Shown here: positions 9,267 through 18,766 of the stretch, one piece after another
Layout of the letters: every line of letters begins with the position of its first letter
Position numbering within the stretch: the first letter of the stretch is position 1
NCBI GenBank assembly: GCA_020348445.1
Contig: CP070751.1
Span: forward strand, 4,217,086 to 4,281,085
Origin: Thermoplasmata archaeon
GTDB lineage: Archaea > Thermoplasmatota > Thermoplasmata > GCA-020350865
Length of the DNA: 64,000 nucleotides
Reading direction: 5' to 3'
Program-made: the position numbers and the translations under genes
Notes under the pieces: model-generated
What the model was told of the DNA's origin: nothing
Database searches by the model: none
The model's input: only the letters and a program-made list of their open reading frames with translations

Positions 9267-11783
9267 ATGCCAAGCCTAGGAAAATTTAGCAGTGTATCAC
9301 AATCCAGGTTCGTGGGTAGGGAAAAGGAATTCAGCGATATAAAGGAGCATCTAGAGGAGAGCATTCAGGGTGCTGGGAGGCTACTTTTTGTTGTGGGAGA
9401 GGCGGGAATTGGGAAGAGTCGCCTGGTTTCGGAGCTTGCTGAGTATGGAAAATCAAAGAATGTCATGATTTTAAAAGGACGCTGTCTTTACGATGAAAAT
9501 ACTGAGCCCTATCTACCTTTCATCGATGCTTTTGGTAGATACATATCGGGGAGGAAACGTGATAACGAAGGTGCAATGCGAAAAGAAATCTACACCTCGG
9601 AAGATATCGTCTCCATGGGCCTTGTGGGGATAGCAGGTAGTTCTGCCCCGTCTTCAGATATGGCAGGTCAACCTCAAGATACTGTAGGGGAGCTTGTGCC
9701 AATGGGCCTTTTACCAATTGATGATGAAGGATTGGGTGTTCACCCCTCTAAGGTTAGGGAAATCAATCTCCAGCAGGAGAGAACCAGGCTCTTTGAATCA
9801 TTGTCACAGCTGGTAACAGATATCTCGGAAAGCGAGCCTCTACTTTTGATTTTAGAGGATCTGCAATGGGCTGATGATGGCAGCCTACAACTTCTGCATT
9901 ATCTGGCAAGGAACATTCAGAATTCAAGGGTAATGATCTGTGCAACATACAGACCGGAAGAGATAGAGAATATTAGAGGTGAGGTTCATCCCCTTTCAAA
10001 AACCCTGAGAAGAATGAGACCCGAGAAGCTTTTTTATGAAATAGGACTGCAAAGGTTCGATGAAAAAAGCACAGCATCAATGATTGAATCCATGTTGAAA
10101 ATACAAAATATTCCAGAGGCATTCATCCATAGATTATATTTGGAGAGCGAAGGAAATCCATTTTTCATAGAAGAAGTTGTGACATCTTTGGTAAATGAAG
10201 GACTCATCGATCCCAAGGATTATGCATGGGACACAAAATTCGATCCATCCAAGATTCACATACCCAGCACGATAAGGGATGTTATAGGGCGAAGAATGGA
10301 TAGGCTAGATGAGGAAACCAAGGCGATTTTGAGTTATGCATCCGTAATCGGCAACCAGTTTACCTTCGAAACACTGCATCGTTTAAGTGATCTTAATGAG
10401 GAAGAACTTGTGGATTCAATAGATGCCCTCATAGCGGCAAATATAATACATGAAGACATAGCAACCAAAGAAGAGAGGTACAGGTTCGACCACACCCAGA
10501 TAAGAGAGGTGATCTACAACAGCATGAGCAGAAGCAGAAGGAGATTGATGCATAAAAGAATAGGCTACATCATAGAAGAGCTCAACAGAAACAAATTAGA
10601 TGATGTTGTGTACAATCTTGCCCGACATTTCTATGAGGGAAAGGATACAGATAAGACCATAACATATGCAATTCGGGCTGGAGAAAAGGCCACAGGGTCA
10701 TTTGCACCTGAAGATGCCCTTGCATATTATAATATGGCACTGGATGCATTAATGAGACTTGAGGATACAGAGGAGAACAAGGAGAGGATGATATTTCTTC
10801 TTAAGAGGTTGGGGGAGATTTCCTTTAATTTGTCTGAATGGGAGCCTGCATTAGATTATTTTAAAAGGGCAATAGATCTGTGCGAGGCAACGGAAAATGA
10901 TGGAGATCGGGCCGAGGCCCTCAGAAAAACTGGGTATGTCCTTAACAGGATGGGAAAATGGGAGCTCGCAACACAGAATTTTGAAAAGAGCCTTAGCATC
11001 TCCAATAAACTCGACGATAAGTTCGGAATCGCCGATGCCCATAGGGGACTTGGCTACATACACTGGAGACTGGGTGAATATGATGATGCAATAGCACATT
11101 ACAATGAGTGCATCCAATTCAGTATGGAGATCGGGGATATGCACACAATCGCCCTTTCATTCATTGAACTTGGAAATGTGTACATCGAGACAGGAGATAT
11201 AGAAAAAGCAATTGAATACTACAACAAGAGCCTAAAGAACCTCGAGCCCATTGGGGATTATGGAGAGATGGCAAGGGCCTACAACAACCTCGGAGACTCG
11301 TACCTAAAGAGCGGAAGCTATGACAAGGCCATAGAGTACTTTGAAAAATGCGAGGAGATGGGCAGGAAGATCGGAAGAAAGGATGTAGTGGGCTGGAGTC
11401 TCTTTAACAGTGGTGAGGCCTGGGCATTGAAAGGCGAGGCAGACAAGGCCTTGGAGTGCGCCGAAAAATCCATGGCAATTCTAGGCACGGTGGGAGACAA
11501 GCTTGGGATCCAGGCATGCCAAAAAATATTTGGAATGGGCTACGGTTTAAGAGGGGAATGGGATAAATCTATTGAGAGCTTCAATACTTGCGTTGAGATG
11601 GGTAAGGAAACGAACGTTCCTTACATCCAGGGTGAGGTGCACTATCATTTTGGTAGAATGTACAAAGAGAAGGGTGATATGGATAAGGCGAGGGAGCAGT
11701 TCCAACACGCTTTGGAAATTTTCACTGGGCTAGAGAACGAGGAATTTGTTGCCAGGGTGAAGAAGGAGCTGGATGGGCTTTAG
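9267..11783 (+). CDS. STAND/AAA_16-type ATPase with C-terminal TPR array (copy 2)
   Basis: FVGR, Walker A GEAGIGKS, Walker B LLLILEDLQWAD, GNPFFIEE, RYRFDHTQ, TPR repeats; clear paralog of copy 1. Confidence 0.9.
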   Translation: MPSLGKFSSVSQSRFVGREKEFSDIKEHLEESIQGAGRLLFVVGEAGIGKSRLVSELAEYGKSKNVMILKGRCLYDENTEPYLPFIDAFGRYISGRKRDNEGAMRKEIYTSEDIVSMGLVGIAGSSAPSSDMAGQPQDTVGELVPMGLLPIDDEGLGVHPSKVREINLQQERTRLFESLSQLVTDISESEPLLLILEDLQWADDGSLQLLHYLARNIQNSRVMICATYRPEEIENIRGEVHPLSKTLRRMRPEKLFYEIGLQRFDEKSTASMIESMLKIQNIPEAFIHRLYLESEGNPFFIEEVVTSLVNEGLIDPKDYAWDTKFDPSKIHIPSTIRDVIGRRMDRLDEETKAILSYASVIGNQFTFETLHRLSDLNEEELVDSIDALIAANIIHEDIATKEERYRFDHTQIREVIYNSMSRSRRRLMHKRIGYIIEELNRNKLDDVVYNLARHFYEGKDTDKTITYAIRAGEKATGSFAPEDALAYYNMALDALMRLEDTEENKERMIFLLKRLGEISFNLSEWEPALDYFKRAIDLCEATENDGDRAEALRKTGYVLNRMGKWELATQNFEKSLSISNKLDDKFGIADAHRGLGYIHWRLGEYDDAIAHYNECIQFSMEIGDMHTIALSFIELGNVYIETGDIEKAIEYYNKSLKNLEPIGDYGEMARAYNNLGDSYLKSGSYDKAIEYFEKCEEMGRKIGRKDVVGWSLFNSGEAWALKGEADKALECAEKSMAILGTVGDKLGIQACQKIFGMGYGLRGEWDKSIESFNTCVEMGKETNVPYIQGEVHYHFGRMYKEKGDMDKAREQFQHALEIFTGLENEEFVARVKKELDGL

Positions 11784-11814
11784 GAATTTCTTAAACAAAT
11801 TTTGGATATTGCCC

Positions 11815-11910
11815 CTAGATCCCAATAAATATGAATTTCGTTATGTCCGAAGTCGAAATTTGATAACCTTTCGTCATCTCCAAGACAGTATCAAATGCGC
11901 CTTCGGGCAT
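11815..11910 (-). repeat. 96-bp near-identical repeat (copy 1) at the 3' end of a surface protein gene
   Basis: 93/96 identical to 13973-14068 by manual alignment; encodes MPEGAFDTVLEMTKGYQISTSDIT(K/R)FIFIGI*. Confidence 0.9.
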
Positions 11911-13869
11911 CCTTGCGGAATGCCAGCACCATCTCTGTCCAATGTAATCGTAATAATTAATTCCAATTGTATTTGGGATATTGTCGCAATACCAGTCTGC
12001 GGTATGGTTAACATCTAGTTTCAGTGGTATTCCAATTGTATCGTATTGAGACAGATATTCCTCTGTCCATATCCCCACACTATAGGTTCCCGTACCCACA
12101 CCCCTGGTTGCGTTCATGGGGAGTACCATATAGTACAACCTGGCACCAGGATCATTGGCCTGGGCATCTTCGTGGGTGGCCATACATATATCATAGCTAA
12201 CAGGAGGGTAAACAAGTTCATAATCCAAATCAGAATCTCTAAAAAAACCATCCCTTCTATTTGAATATAACACCCAATACTCATCATCGGGACCCATACT
12301 CTTTAGTCTCTCCCAATTTATGTCTACATCTCCATTTGGTTTAACAAAAACAAAAAGGTTTTTTGCATCAGTGGCAAAATCAAATCCTGAAAATCCGTTG
12401 TCGTCATCATATAAGATCATGGCGCCAGGCAAACCCATGAAAGTGTAATTTGACTGTTGGCCGAATTTCACCTCATAGGCCTCACCTAATTTCATATCTG
12501 TATTATTGACATCACCATCCCCCAAATTGTGCTTTCGCCAAGTACGGGTTGCAGGATCCATATATTTGATGTATTCTGCATTCATGTGGGATATTAAATA
12601 GTCAGTATCAAGGGAGTTTATAGGTTCCAGTGGTAGGGAAAAAGAAGAGACTCCCTGCTGGAATATCTTGGTCCATTTACCCACTGTTCTACTGGTCCTA
12701 GACACCTGGCCGTCACTGTTCACGGCTCTTATTGTATAATAATACTGCTCATTGTAATTGGTTTTATTATCTGGATTAGCTGAATTGGTATCATTCCACA
12801 TGGTTCGTAGCGGTATTGGGTCCAACTCACCCTTTTCCTTATCACTTGAAGTATTTACCCATATATCGTTAAAATTGAAATCGGTCTGAGATGTTGATCG
12901 ATATAATAGATAATAATCGATACCTGGTGAATGTGGAGGATCCCAGTTAAGTACCGCATCCTTTTTATCCTGGCTAATATTAATATAAAGTTCAGGTGGT
13001 GGTATACCAACAAAGACTATTATATATGCAATATTATTGGATAGATCGATATCAGAACTTATTCCAGACAATACCTCGATACTAATATTATGATATCCTG
13101 AAGTTGAGGGGGTCCATGCTGTGTAAGTATTTGAAATGCCGTTGTTTGGGATGAAATCAACGTCTGGATATAGCGAGTCACCAGGAACTAGATTGGAATG
13201 GCTGCCTACCCCATCATTCTCAGCAAGCAAAAGGCCATCAATATAAAATCTTGTTTTAATTTTACTTGGCACAATTGCGTCCACTCCTCGATAGTTTGGA
13301 TTTGAATCGGTTCCATAGCTCCTATCATATAATTCACCTTCAATGTAATAATTTCCGATTTTTATCCAATCAACTACTACACTGTCTCCAGAAGAGGGTG
13401 TATCACTTTTCTGAGTTACCCTTATTGTATGGTCGCCGGATGCAATGGATATATCGTGGATCGTGACAATATCAAAGGCTGGCATTGAGTTGAAATTGGC
13501 AATTTGCGCCCCATCCAAATGAACATCCGTACTTGTTGCATCAGAACTGGATCTGATCCGTAATTGTATATCTAGAATTGCGTTAGAATTCATATTAAAA
13601 TCATACTCTGCATAATCACCATAATGCCAGGTCGCTGCATAAGTTACAGCCATATTATGAACATCGACATCGATTATGGTTTCCATTCCTACTGAAAGAG
13701 GGAATTCAATCGAGATTTCATTGGAAAATACAGCAAGATCCCCTCCTCTCGGGGACGGGTCATCCACTATCGTTATCGTTGAGGTGACATTTTCTGTGCC
13801 TATTATCACAAATGTTGCGGTAAACAATATTATGCATACCAGTTCGCTTAATATCTTTTTTAATTTCAT
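11815..13869 (-). CDS. Secreted modular protein: CARDB-like Ig domain with inserted CBM6/35-like jelly roll plus conserved C-terminal module
   Basis: Signal peptide MKLKKILSELVCIILF (likely start 13869); CARDB-like DLAV...NNIAYIIVFV; WHYGDYAEYDF...GDHTIRVT; C-terminal ~390 aa shared with the next gene. Confidence 0.75.
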   Translation of the reverse strand: MKLKKILSELVCIILFTATFVIIGTENVTSTITIVDDPSPRGGDLAVFSNEISIEFPLSVGMETIIDVDVHNMAVTYAATWHYGDYAEYDFNMNSNAILDIQLRIRSSSDATSTDVHLDGAQIANFNSMPAFDIVTIHDISIASGDHTIRVTQKSDTPSSGDSVVVDWIKIGNYYIEGELYDRSYGTDSNPNYRGVDAIVPSKIKTRFYIDGLLLAENDGVGSHSNLVPGDSLYPDVDFIPNNGISNTYTAWTPSTSGYHNISIEVLSGISSDIDLSNNIAYIIVFVGIPPPELYINISQDKKDAVLNWDPPHSPGIDYYLLYRSTSQTDFNFNDIWVNTSSDKEKGELDPIPLRTMWNDTNSANPDNKTNYNEQYYYTIRAVNSDGQVSRTSRTVGKWTKIFQQGVSSFSLPLEPINSLDTDYLISHMNAEYIKYMDPATRTWRKHNLGDGDVNNTDMKLGEAYEVKFGQQSNYTFMGLPGAMILYDDDNGFSGFDFATDAKNLFVFVKPNGDVDINWERLKSMGPDDEYWVLYSNRRDGFFRDSDLDYELVYPPVSYDICMATHEDAQANDPGARLYYMVLPMNATRGVGTGTYSVGIWTEEYLSQYDTIGIPLKLDVNHTADWYCDNIPNTIGINYYDYIGQRWCWHSARMPEGAFDTVLEMTKGYQISTSDITKFIFIGI

Positions 13870-13972
13870 TTTTTTAATATATTTTCCTCCTATTGCACTA
13901 AATAACATTATATCATACTGAGTATTAAATATCTTCTAAATTCATTACGCTCCCTTTTGTTTATGTGCCCGA

Positions 13973-14068
13973 CTAAATCCCAATAAATATGAATCTCGTT
14001 ATGTCCGAAGTCGAAATTTGATAACCTTTTGTCATCTCCAAGACAGTATCAAATGCGCCTTCGGGCAT
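13973..14068 (-). repeat. 96-bp near-identical repeat (copy 2)
   Basis: See copy 1. Confidence 0.9.
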
Positions 14069-16462
14069 TATCGTTGAATGCCAGTACCACCGCTGCTTGC
14101 TGGAATTAAAATAGTTGATTCCCACACAATCAGGGATGTTGTCGCAGTACCAGTCTGCCGTATAATTATTTTCCAGTTTCAGTGGGATACCAATTGTGTC
14201 GTATCCACATGAATATTCCTCTGTCCAAATCCCAATGCTGTATGTGCTGGAACCTTGAATCCCACTTGAGTTATAAGGGACAACCATGTAGTACAGCCTT
14301 GCTCCAGGATCGTCAGCCTGCGCTTTTTTATGGGAGATATTGTGGTTTTTAAAGGCCACAGTGCCAAGACTGAAATAATCATAACCAGGAATTCCGAAGA
14401 AGCCGTCCCGTTTATTTGAGTAATAGACATTATATATATCTCCAATGTCCATACATGCCGGTTCATCCCAGGTGAGGTTTACATCTCCATTTACCTCAAC
14501 CACCGCTGTAAGGTTTCTGGCATTTGATTCTGGATCAAATCCTAAAAATCCACTATCGTCATTATAAAATATCATGGCAGCAGGCAGCCCGCAGAAGGTG
14601 TAGTTTGCATTATTGCTAAATTTGATTTCATAACCTTCTCCCAATGTCATCTTTGTATTGTTGTTATTGCCATCTCCAAGACTATGTTGCTGCCATCTAT
14701 GGGTTACTGGATCCATGTATTTGATATAATCCGCCTTTGTATTTTCGGTAAAATTATCGGTCCATATTGATTGCAGAGGCTCAAGTGGTAGTGCCGACGT
14801 CGATACCCCTGGTGAAAAGGTTGCTGTCCATTTTCCCACTGTCCTAGATGTGGGTCCGATATCACCGTTCTCATAGACAGTTCTTATTGTATAGTAGTAT
14901 TCTTGGGGAGCATTCTCTGATGCAGCATTTGTATCATTCCATGTGGTTCTGAGGGGGATGGTGCCATTGTCATCATGATAGGAGGTATTTACCCAGAACG
15001 AAGAAAAATCAAATCCAGTTTGCGATGTTGCACGATATATTAGGTAGTATGCCAGACCTGTTGTTCCAGTTTGCGTCCAATTGAGAAGGATATTAACTCC
15101 ATCTGTTTTTATATATAAGTTAAGAGGTCGCGGACTTATAACCCAATTGTCGAACCCCACAAATACGCGATCTCCATATGCCGAAAGAGACCTTACATAG
15201 GAATGCAGGGAGTCATCGGGTGTAATTATGGTTTTTGGTTCGATGATATCGCCAAATCTGTTTATCCTGATGTAGTAACCCTCATGAACTCCAGACGTGG
15301 TGATGTTGTCAAAAACGATGTGGATAATATCAGCCTCACCCAGGGCTGAATATACATTACAATACCTGTCTGCCGTGGTTTCAATATATATTCCACCCTC
15401 GTCGGGAATCCAAGAGTTTCCATAATCCAGACTGTATTTGTAAAGAATCTCCTTCATACCGCTATCCTGTGCAGCACCCTGCCTGGTTCCCTTGTATACA
15501 AGATAAAGGCCTCCACTATCATTGCATAAAAGAGAAACATGACCCTCAGAGAACTCGCCTTTTGTAATAGTTGTCTGGTTTCCCCATGTGGCTCCATTAT
15601 CCTGGCTTCTGCGAAAATAGGTCTCACCCAAATATTCAGGACTGTGCCAGTCAGGACCAAAGGCGATAAAGACATTTCCTTTGGAATCGGCACAAAGTCC
15701 AGCCTTATGGCCAACATCCATCCAGGAAAAGTCATTGATGTCAACTGGTGCTGACCAAGAAAGACCGCCATCGAGGCTTCTTGTATACATCATCGCGCCA
15801 TTATCGTTCCCGGGTTGATCTAAGCCATAGGATAAATGAAGCGTGTCATTTGTCCCCACAATTATAGTTGGGAGACCTATCCATACATTGGTAGGGCCTG
15901 GCATCTCAGCTATTGTTATAGGATTTATCCATTCACTACCGTTGTATCTGGAATAATATAATCCTGTTGTGTCCCCTGAACCAAATAGTCCCCTATGCCA
16001 AGCCAAATGGGCATTTCCTTTGGTATCTATGGCCATGGAAATACCATCTCTAATAGGGGAAACATCGTAGTCAGTGTCAATTCCCATGGCTCTTTCTGTC
16101 CAGCTGATTCCACCATCAAAGCTCTTTCTAAAATAGATATCGTAATCCCCCGTTAGTTCATCTTTAAAGACAGCCATTATATAATCAGGATCGTAATTTT
16201 GATTGCTAGCTATCTGGGTATCTGTTGTGTTCGTGGGTGTTATGCTCAGGCGCGTTATGGGGTCCCAATCGAGATTACCTGCTTGCTTGGATCTGAAGTA
16301 AGCCTCGAAGTTGTCCTTTTGGAAGTAGATGCTGTCCGCGCCAACATCCGGTACTTTTAGGGGAAATATAATTAAAACCATGGATAAGAAGAGTAGCAAA
16401 ATAGTGAATATCGAGATTGTCTTTCTGCATTTGTTGATAGGGTTATTTATACTCGTGCCCAC
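13973..16462 (-). CDS. Secreted BNR/Asp-box (sialidase-like beta-propeller) protein with the same C-terminal module
   Basis: Signal peptide; four Asp-box motifs (SFDGGISW, SLDGGLSW, SQDNGATW, SLDYGNSW); GTG start with G-rich RBS. Confidence 0.8.
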   Translation of the reverse strand: MGTSINNPINKCRKTISIFTILLLFLSMVLIIFPLKVPDVGADSIYFQKDNFEAYFRSKQAGNLDWDPITRLSITPTNTTDTQIASNQNYDPDYIMAVFKDELTGDYDIYFRKSFDGGISWTERAMGIDTDYDVSPIRDGISMAIDTKGNAHLAWHRGLFGSGDTTGLYYSRYNGSEWINPITIAEMPGPTNVWIGLPTIIVGTNDTLHLSYGLDQPGNDNGAMMYTRSLDGGLSWSAPVDINDFSWMDVGHKAGLCADSKGNVFIAFGPDWHSPEYLGETYFRRSQDNGATWGNQTTITKGEFSEGHVSLLCNDSGGLYLVYKGTRQGAAQDSGMKEILYKYSLDYGNSWIPDEGGIYIETTADRYCNVYSALGEADIIHIVFDNITTSGVHEGYYIRINRFGDIIEPKTIITPDDSLHSYVRSLSAYGDRVFVGFDNWVISPRPLNLYIKTDGVNILLNWTQTGTTGLAYYLIYRATSQTGFDFSSFWVNTSYHDDNGTIPLRTTWNDTNAASENAPQEYYYTIRTVYENGDIGPTSRTVGKWTATFSPGVSTSALPLEPLQSIWTDNFTENTKADYIKYMDPVTHRWQQHSLGDGNNNNTKMTLGEGYEIKFSNNANYTFCGLPAAMIFYNDDSGFLGFDPESNARNLTAVVEVNGDVNLTWDEPACMDIGDIYNVYYSNKRDGFFGIPGYDYFSLGTVAFKNHNISHKKAQADDPGARLYYMVVPYNSSGIQGSSTYSIGIWTEEYSCGYDTIGIPLKLENNYTADWYCDNIPDCVGINYFNSSKQRWYWHSTIMPEGAFDTVLEMTKGYQISTSDITRFIFIGI

Positions 16463-16588
16463 TCCCCCCCTCTCAGATTGATATATTACTATATATTCTA
16501 CATCAAATAAATAAATATTGGAAAAAGCTTGGCTTTTTCCCTTTAAATCGGATAGTATGGGCGCTTTTGAGGTGATTATGAAGGATAT

Positions 16589-18121
16589 TTATACAATAGG
16601 AACAAGCCTCACATGAGGGTATCCCTTCTTCTCATCAGTGACGATTGCATAGATCATGGTTTTAGGTTTGACACCATAGATGCATGGGCTTTTGTTTATG
16701 TCCACGATCTTCAGATAGGTATCGGCCATGTTCATGATTTCCTGTGTCAGCTTCAGGCCTGGCTTTATGATCCCAAGGCCCAAATCCTGGGAGATCTTTG
16801 TCTTGGCAACGGCGTTAAGCAGGTCTTTGATTGCTATGGTGTCGCCTCTTAGGTATTCCAGGGTGTCAAAGCCTGTGTAGTCCAGAATGGGTTTATTCTC
16901 ACTTCCTCTCAATGCGGCCAGGTTCTCCTTCCAGGTTTTCAGTGCCTCCTCTTTATTCCTTGTGCCCAGTGCCATAATATAGGGTTTGTCTGAACTTGCT
17001 ATGAAATAGTCCGCGATTCTTACCTGGTTGTCGAAATTTTCATTTTGCATAAATGGTATGAGCTCGGCCCTTGTGGTTTCTGCGTGGTCTCCTCCTGTAA
17101 GAACAGCAACAACACCTCTGTCCTGGCGAATGAAGTTCAAAAGAATTGGGATGACTATGGAATGGTATTCCTCGTTAGAAACCTTATGGCCTATCTCTAA
17201 AACGTTATAGCTCCCCTTTCTGAATCCACCTTCAAGGAGAGTATCTAGATCCGAGATCCCTGTGCTGTAATGGCTGGCAGTGTCAGGTTTGACTTCCCAT
17301 CCATTGGTCCTTGAGCGATCGGGGGAGAAAGGCTCGAAACACATGAATCTTCCATTCTGGAGTGTTAAAAGATAACTTGGTTGTCTTATTTCAGTTGCCC
17401 TGAGCTTTATTAACTGCACTTCCCTCATTCTCCTTCCATCAAGCTTTCCCATGGAGAGGGATATAACTCCGTCAACCAGATATTCCAATTGCGGTATCTG
17501 AGCCTTTTCCAGAACCAGTATCAGGTCGGCGTTAGAGTTTTCCACCAAATCCTTTTGAAGCACGGTGATGAGCTCTTCGGCTTCGATATTGTATTTGTGG
17601 GTAACACCCTCTACACTGTCGATTACCAGTGTGGTCTTTTGCGGTAAAACATACTCCACCCGATCATATGTGGACTCAATCTCAGGCATTCGAGTTTTTT
17701 CCATTAAGGCCGACAGTCTGGTTCTATCGACTTTCGTGGGAGGGCCTTTTTCATCTCCAATGGACTTTAGAAAATCTTTTGCCGAACTCAAGGTGGGCTT
17801 TTCAGGAGAGGCTTCAACGATCTCCTCCATTCCCCCCCCTTCAGTAGTATAAAGGGTCTTTAAAAAAATCCTGCCCGAATCCACGATCCTGCTCCTCATC
17901 TCCTTTTCCTCTAACCATGGAAATTGAGAATAAAGAGCCTCATCAGAAACCCTTGTTGAAAGATAAAAGCTTTTATCAGGGTCTGCCATCTCTTCAAGCA
18001 ATTGCAGTGCGAAGGTTGTCTTTCCAGTACCTGGACTCCCCTTGATCATAAGAGACCTGCCACTTGGCCTGTTGAAAAAGGACACTATCTCGTTGGGAAA
18101 CGAAGTTGTTCTATTTTCCAT
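16589..18121 (-). CDS. KaiC/RAD55-superfamily ATPase, GvpD P-loop-like, two domains
   Basis: EIVSFFN...GRSLMIKGSPGTGKTT; LVIDSVEG; EYLVDGVISL; second domain begins STGISDLDTLLEGGF and has a degenerate Walker A. Confidence 0.8.
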   Translation of the reverse strand: MENRTTSFPNEIVSFFNRPSGRSLMIKGSPGTGKTTFALQLLEEMADPDKSFYLSTRVSDEALYSQFPWLEEKEMRSRIVDSGRIFLKTLYTTEGGGMEEIVEASPEKPTLSSAKDFLKSIGDEKGPPTKVDRTRLSALMEKTRMPEIESTYDRVEYVLPQKTTLVIDSVEGVTHKYNIEAEELITVLQKDLVENSNADLILVLEKAQIPQLEYLVDGVISLSMGKLDGRRMREVQLIKLRATEIRQPSYLLTLQNGRFMCFEPFSPDRSRTNGWEVKPDTASHYSTGISDLDTLLEGGFRKGSYNVLEIGHKVSNEEYHSIVIPILLNFIRQDRGVVAVLTGGDHAETTRAELIPFMQNENFDNQVRIADYFIASSDKPYIMALGTRNKEEALKTWKENLAALRGSENKPILDYTGFDTLEYLRGDTIAIKDLLNAVAKTKISQDLGLGIIKPGLKLTQEIMNMADTYLKIVDINKSPCIYGVKPKTMIYAIVTDEKKGYPHVRLVPIV

Positions 18122-18479
18122 GGGCCAGCACCTCCTTTATTTGCTCTGCAGCCTTAGTTATATTGGATGCCAGTGCTGTTGTATCCGAAGGACTCATGGC
18201 TACTAGCAAGGCCTTTGGCCCTACACCTGTGGCTATGTAGCTGGTTCCGTTGGCTTCGATCATCACACGATCTGGAGATGATTTTCCAAGGCCAGAGTAG
18301 ATGACCTCAGAAGCCCCCAATATCGTGGCAGAAAGGGTCGAGAAGGCATCGATGTGAACGCCCTTTGGAAGCTCATAGGCCAGGGGTATTCCATTTCTTG
18401 AGATCACGGCACAGATTTCGATATTCTGTTCAGTTTTCAAATTGCTGAGTATATTTTTCAACTCCTCCACAGCAGACAT
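18111..18479 (-). CDS. Roadblock/LC7 domain protein
   Basis: ICAVISRNGIPLA...FSTLSATILGASE pattern; 122 aa; overlaps the ATPase start. Confidence 0.85.
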   Translation of the reverse strand: MSAVEELKNILSNLKTEQNIEICAVISRNGIPLAYELPKGVHIDAFSTLSATILGASEVIYSGLGKSSPDRVMIEANGTSYIATGVGPKALLVAMSPSDTTALASNITKAAEQIKEVLAHGK

Positions 18480-18766
18480 TTACTCACCTTTTTTTAGTGA
18501 ATATTTACTATAAACTGATGTATTTTAGGTTGACTATACGGTTAAAGCCATGCACCTTCTTATACTTTTTGCATTTATTCGTCAAAACGATAATGAAAAG
18601 AGGGCCTAAAATCGACCTTCTAGGACAGGTTCCATAAAAGAAAGAATCCCAGGTAAAAAAGGGAGATCAGTGTGGTGTTATTTCTGTTCTATTAATATTC
18701 AAGCAAACATTTAAACATTTAAAAAAGTATAACCCGCCTCAAGAGAATATGGGTGTTGGTTTCAGG

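Noticed and set aside
11815-14068. DGR TR/VR pair for the 96-bp repeat
   Set aside because: Both copies are coding 3' ends, only three differences (two synonymous, one K/R), and no reverse transcriptase nearby.
16589-18121. Gas vesicle gene cluster
   Set aside because: Only a GvpD-like ATPase domain is present; no gvpA or other gvp genes.
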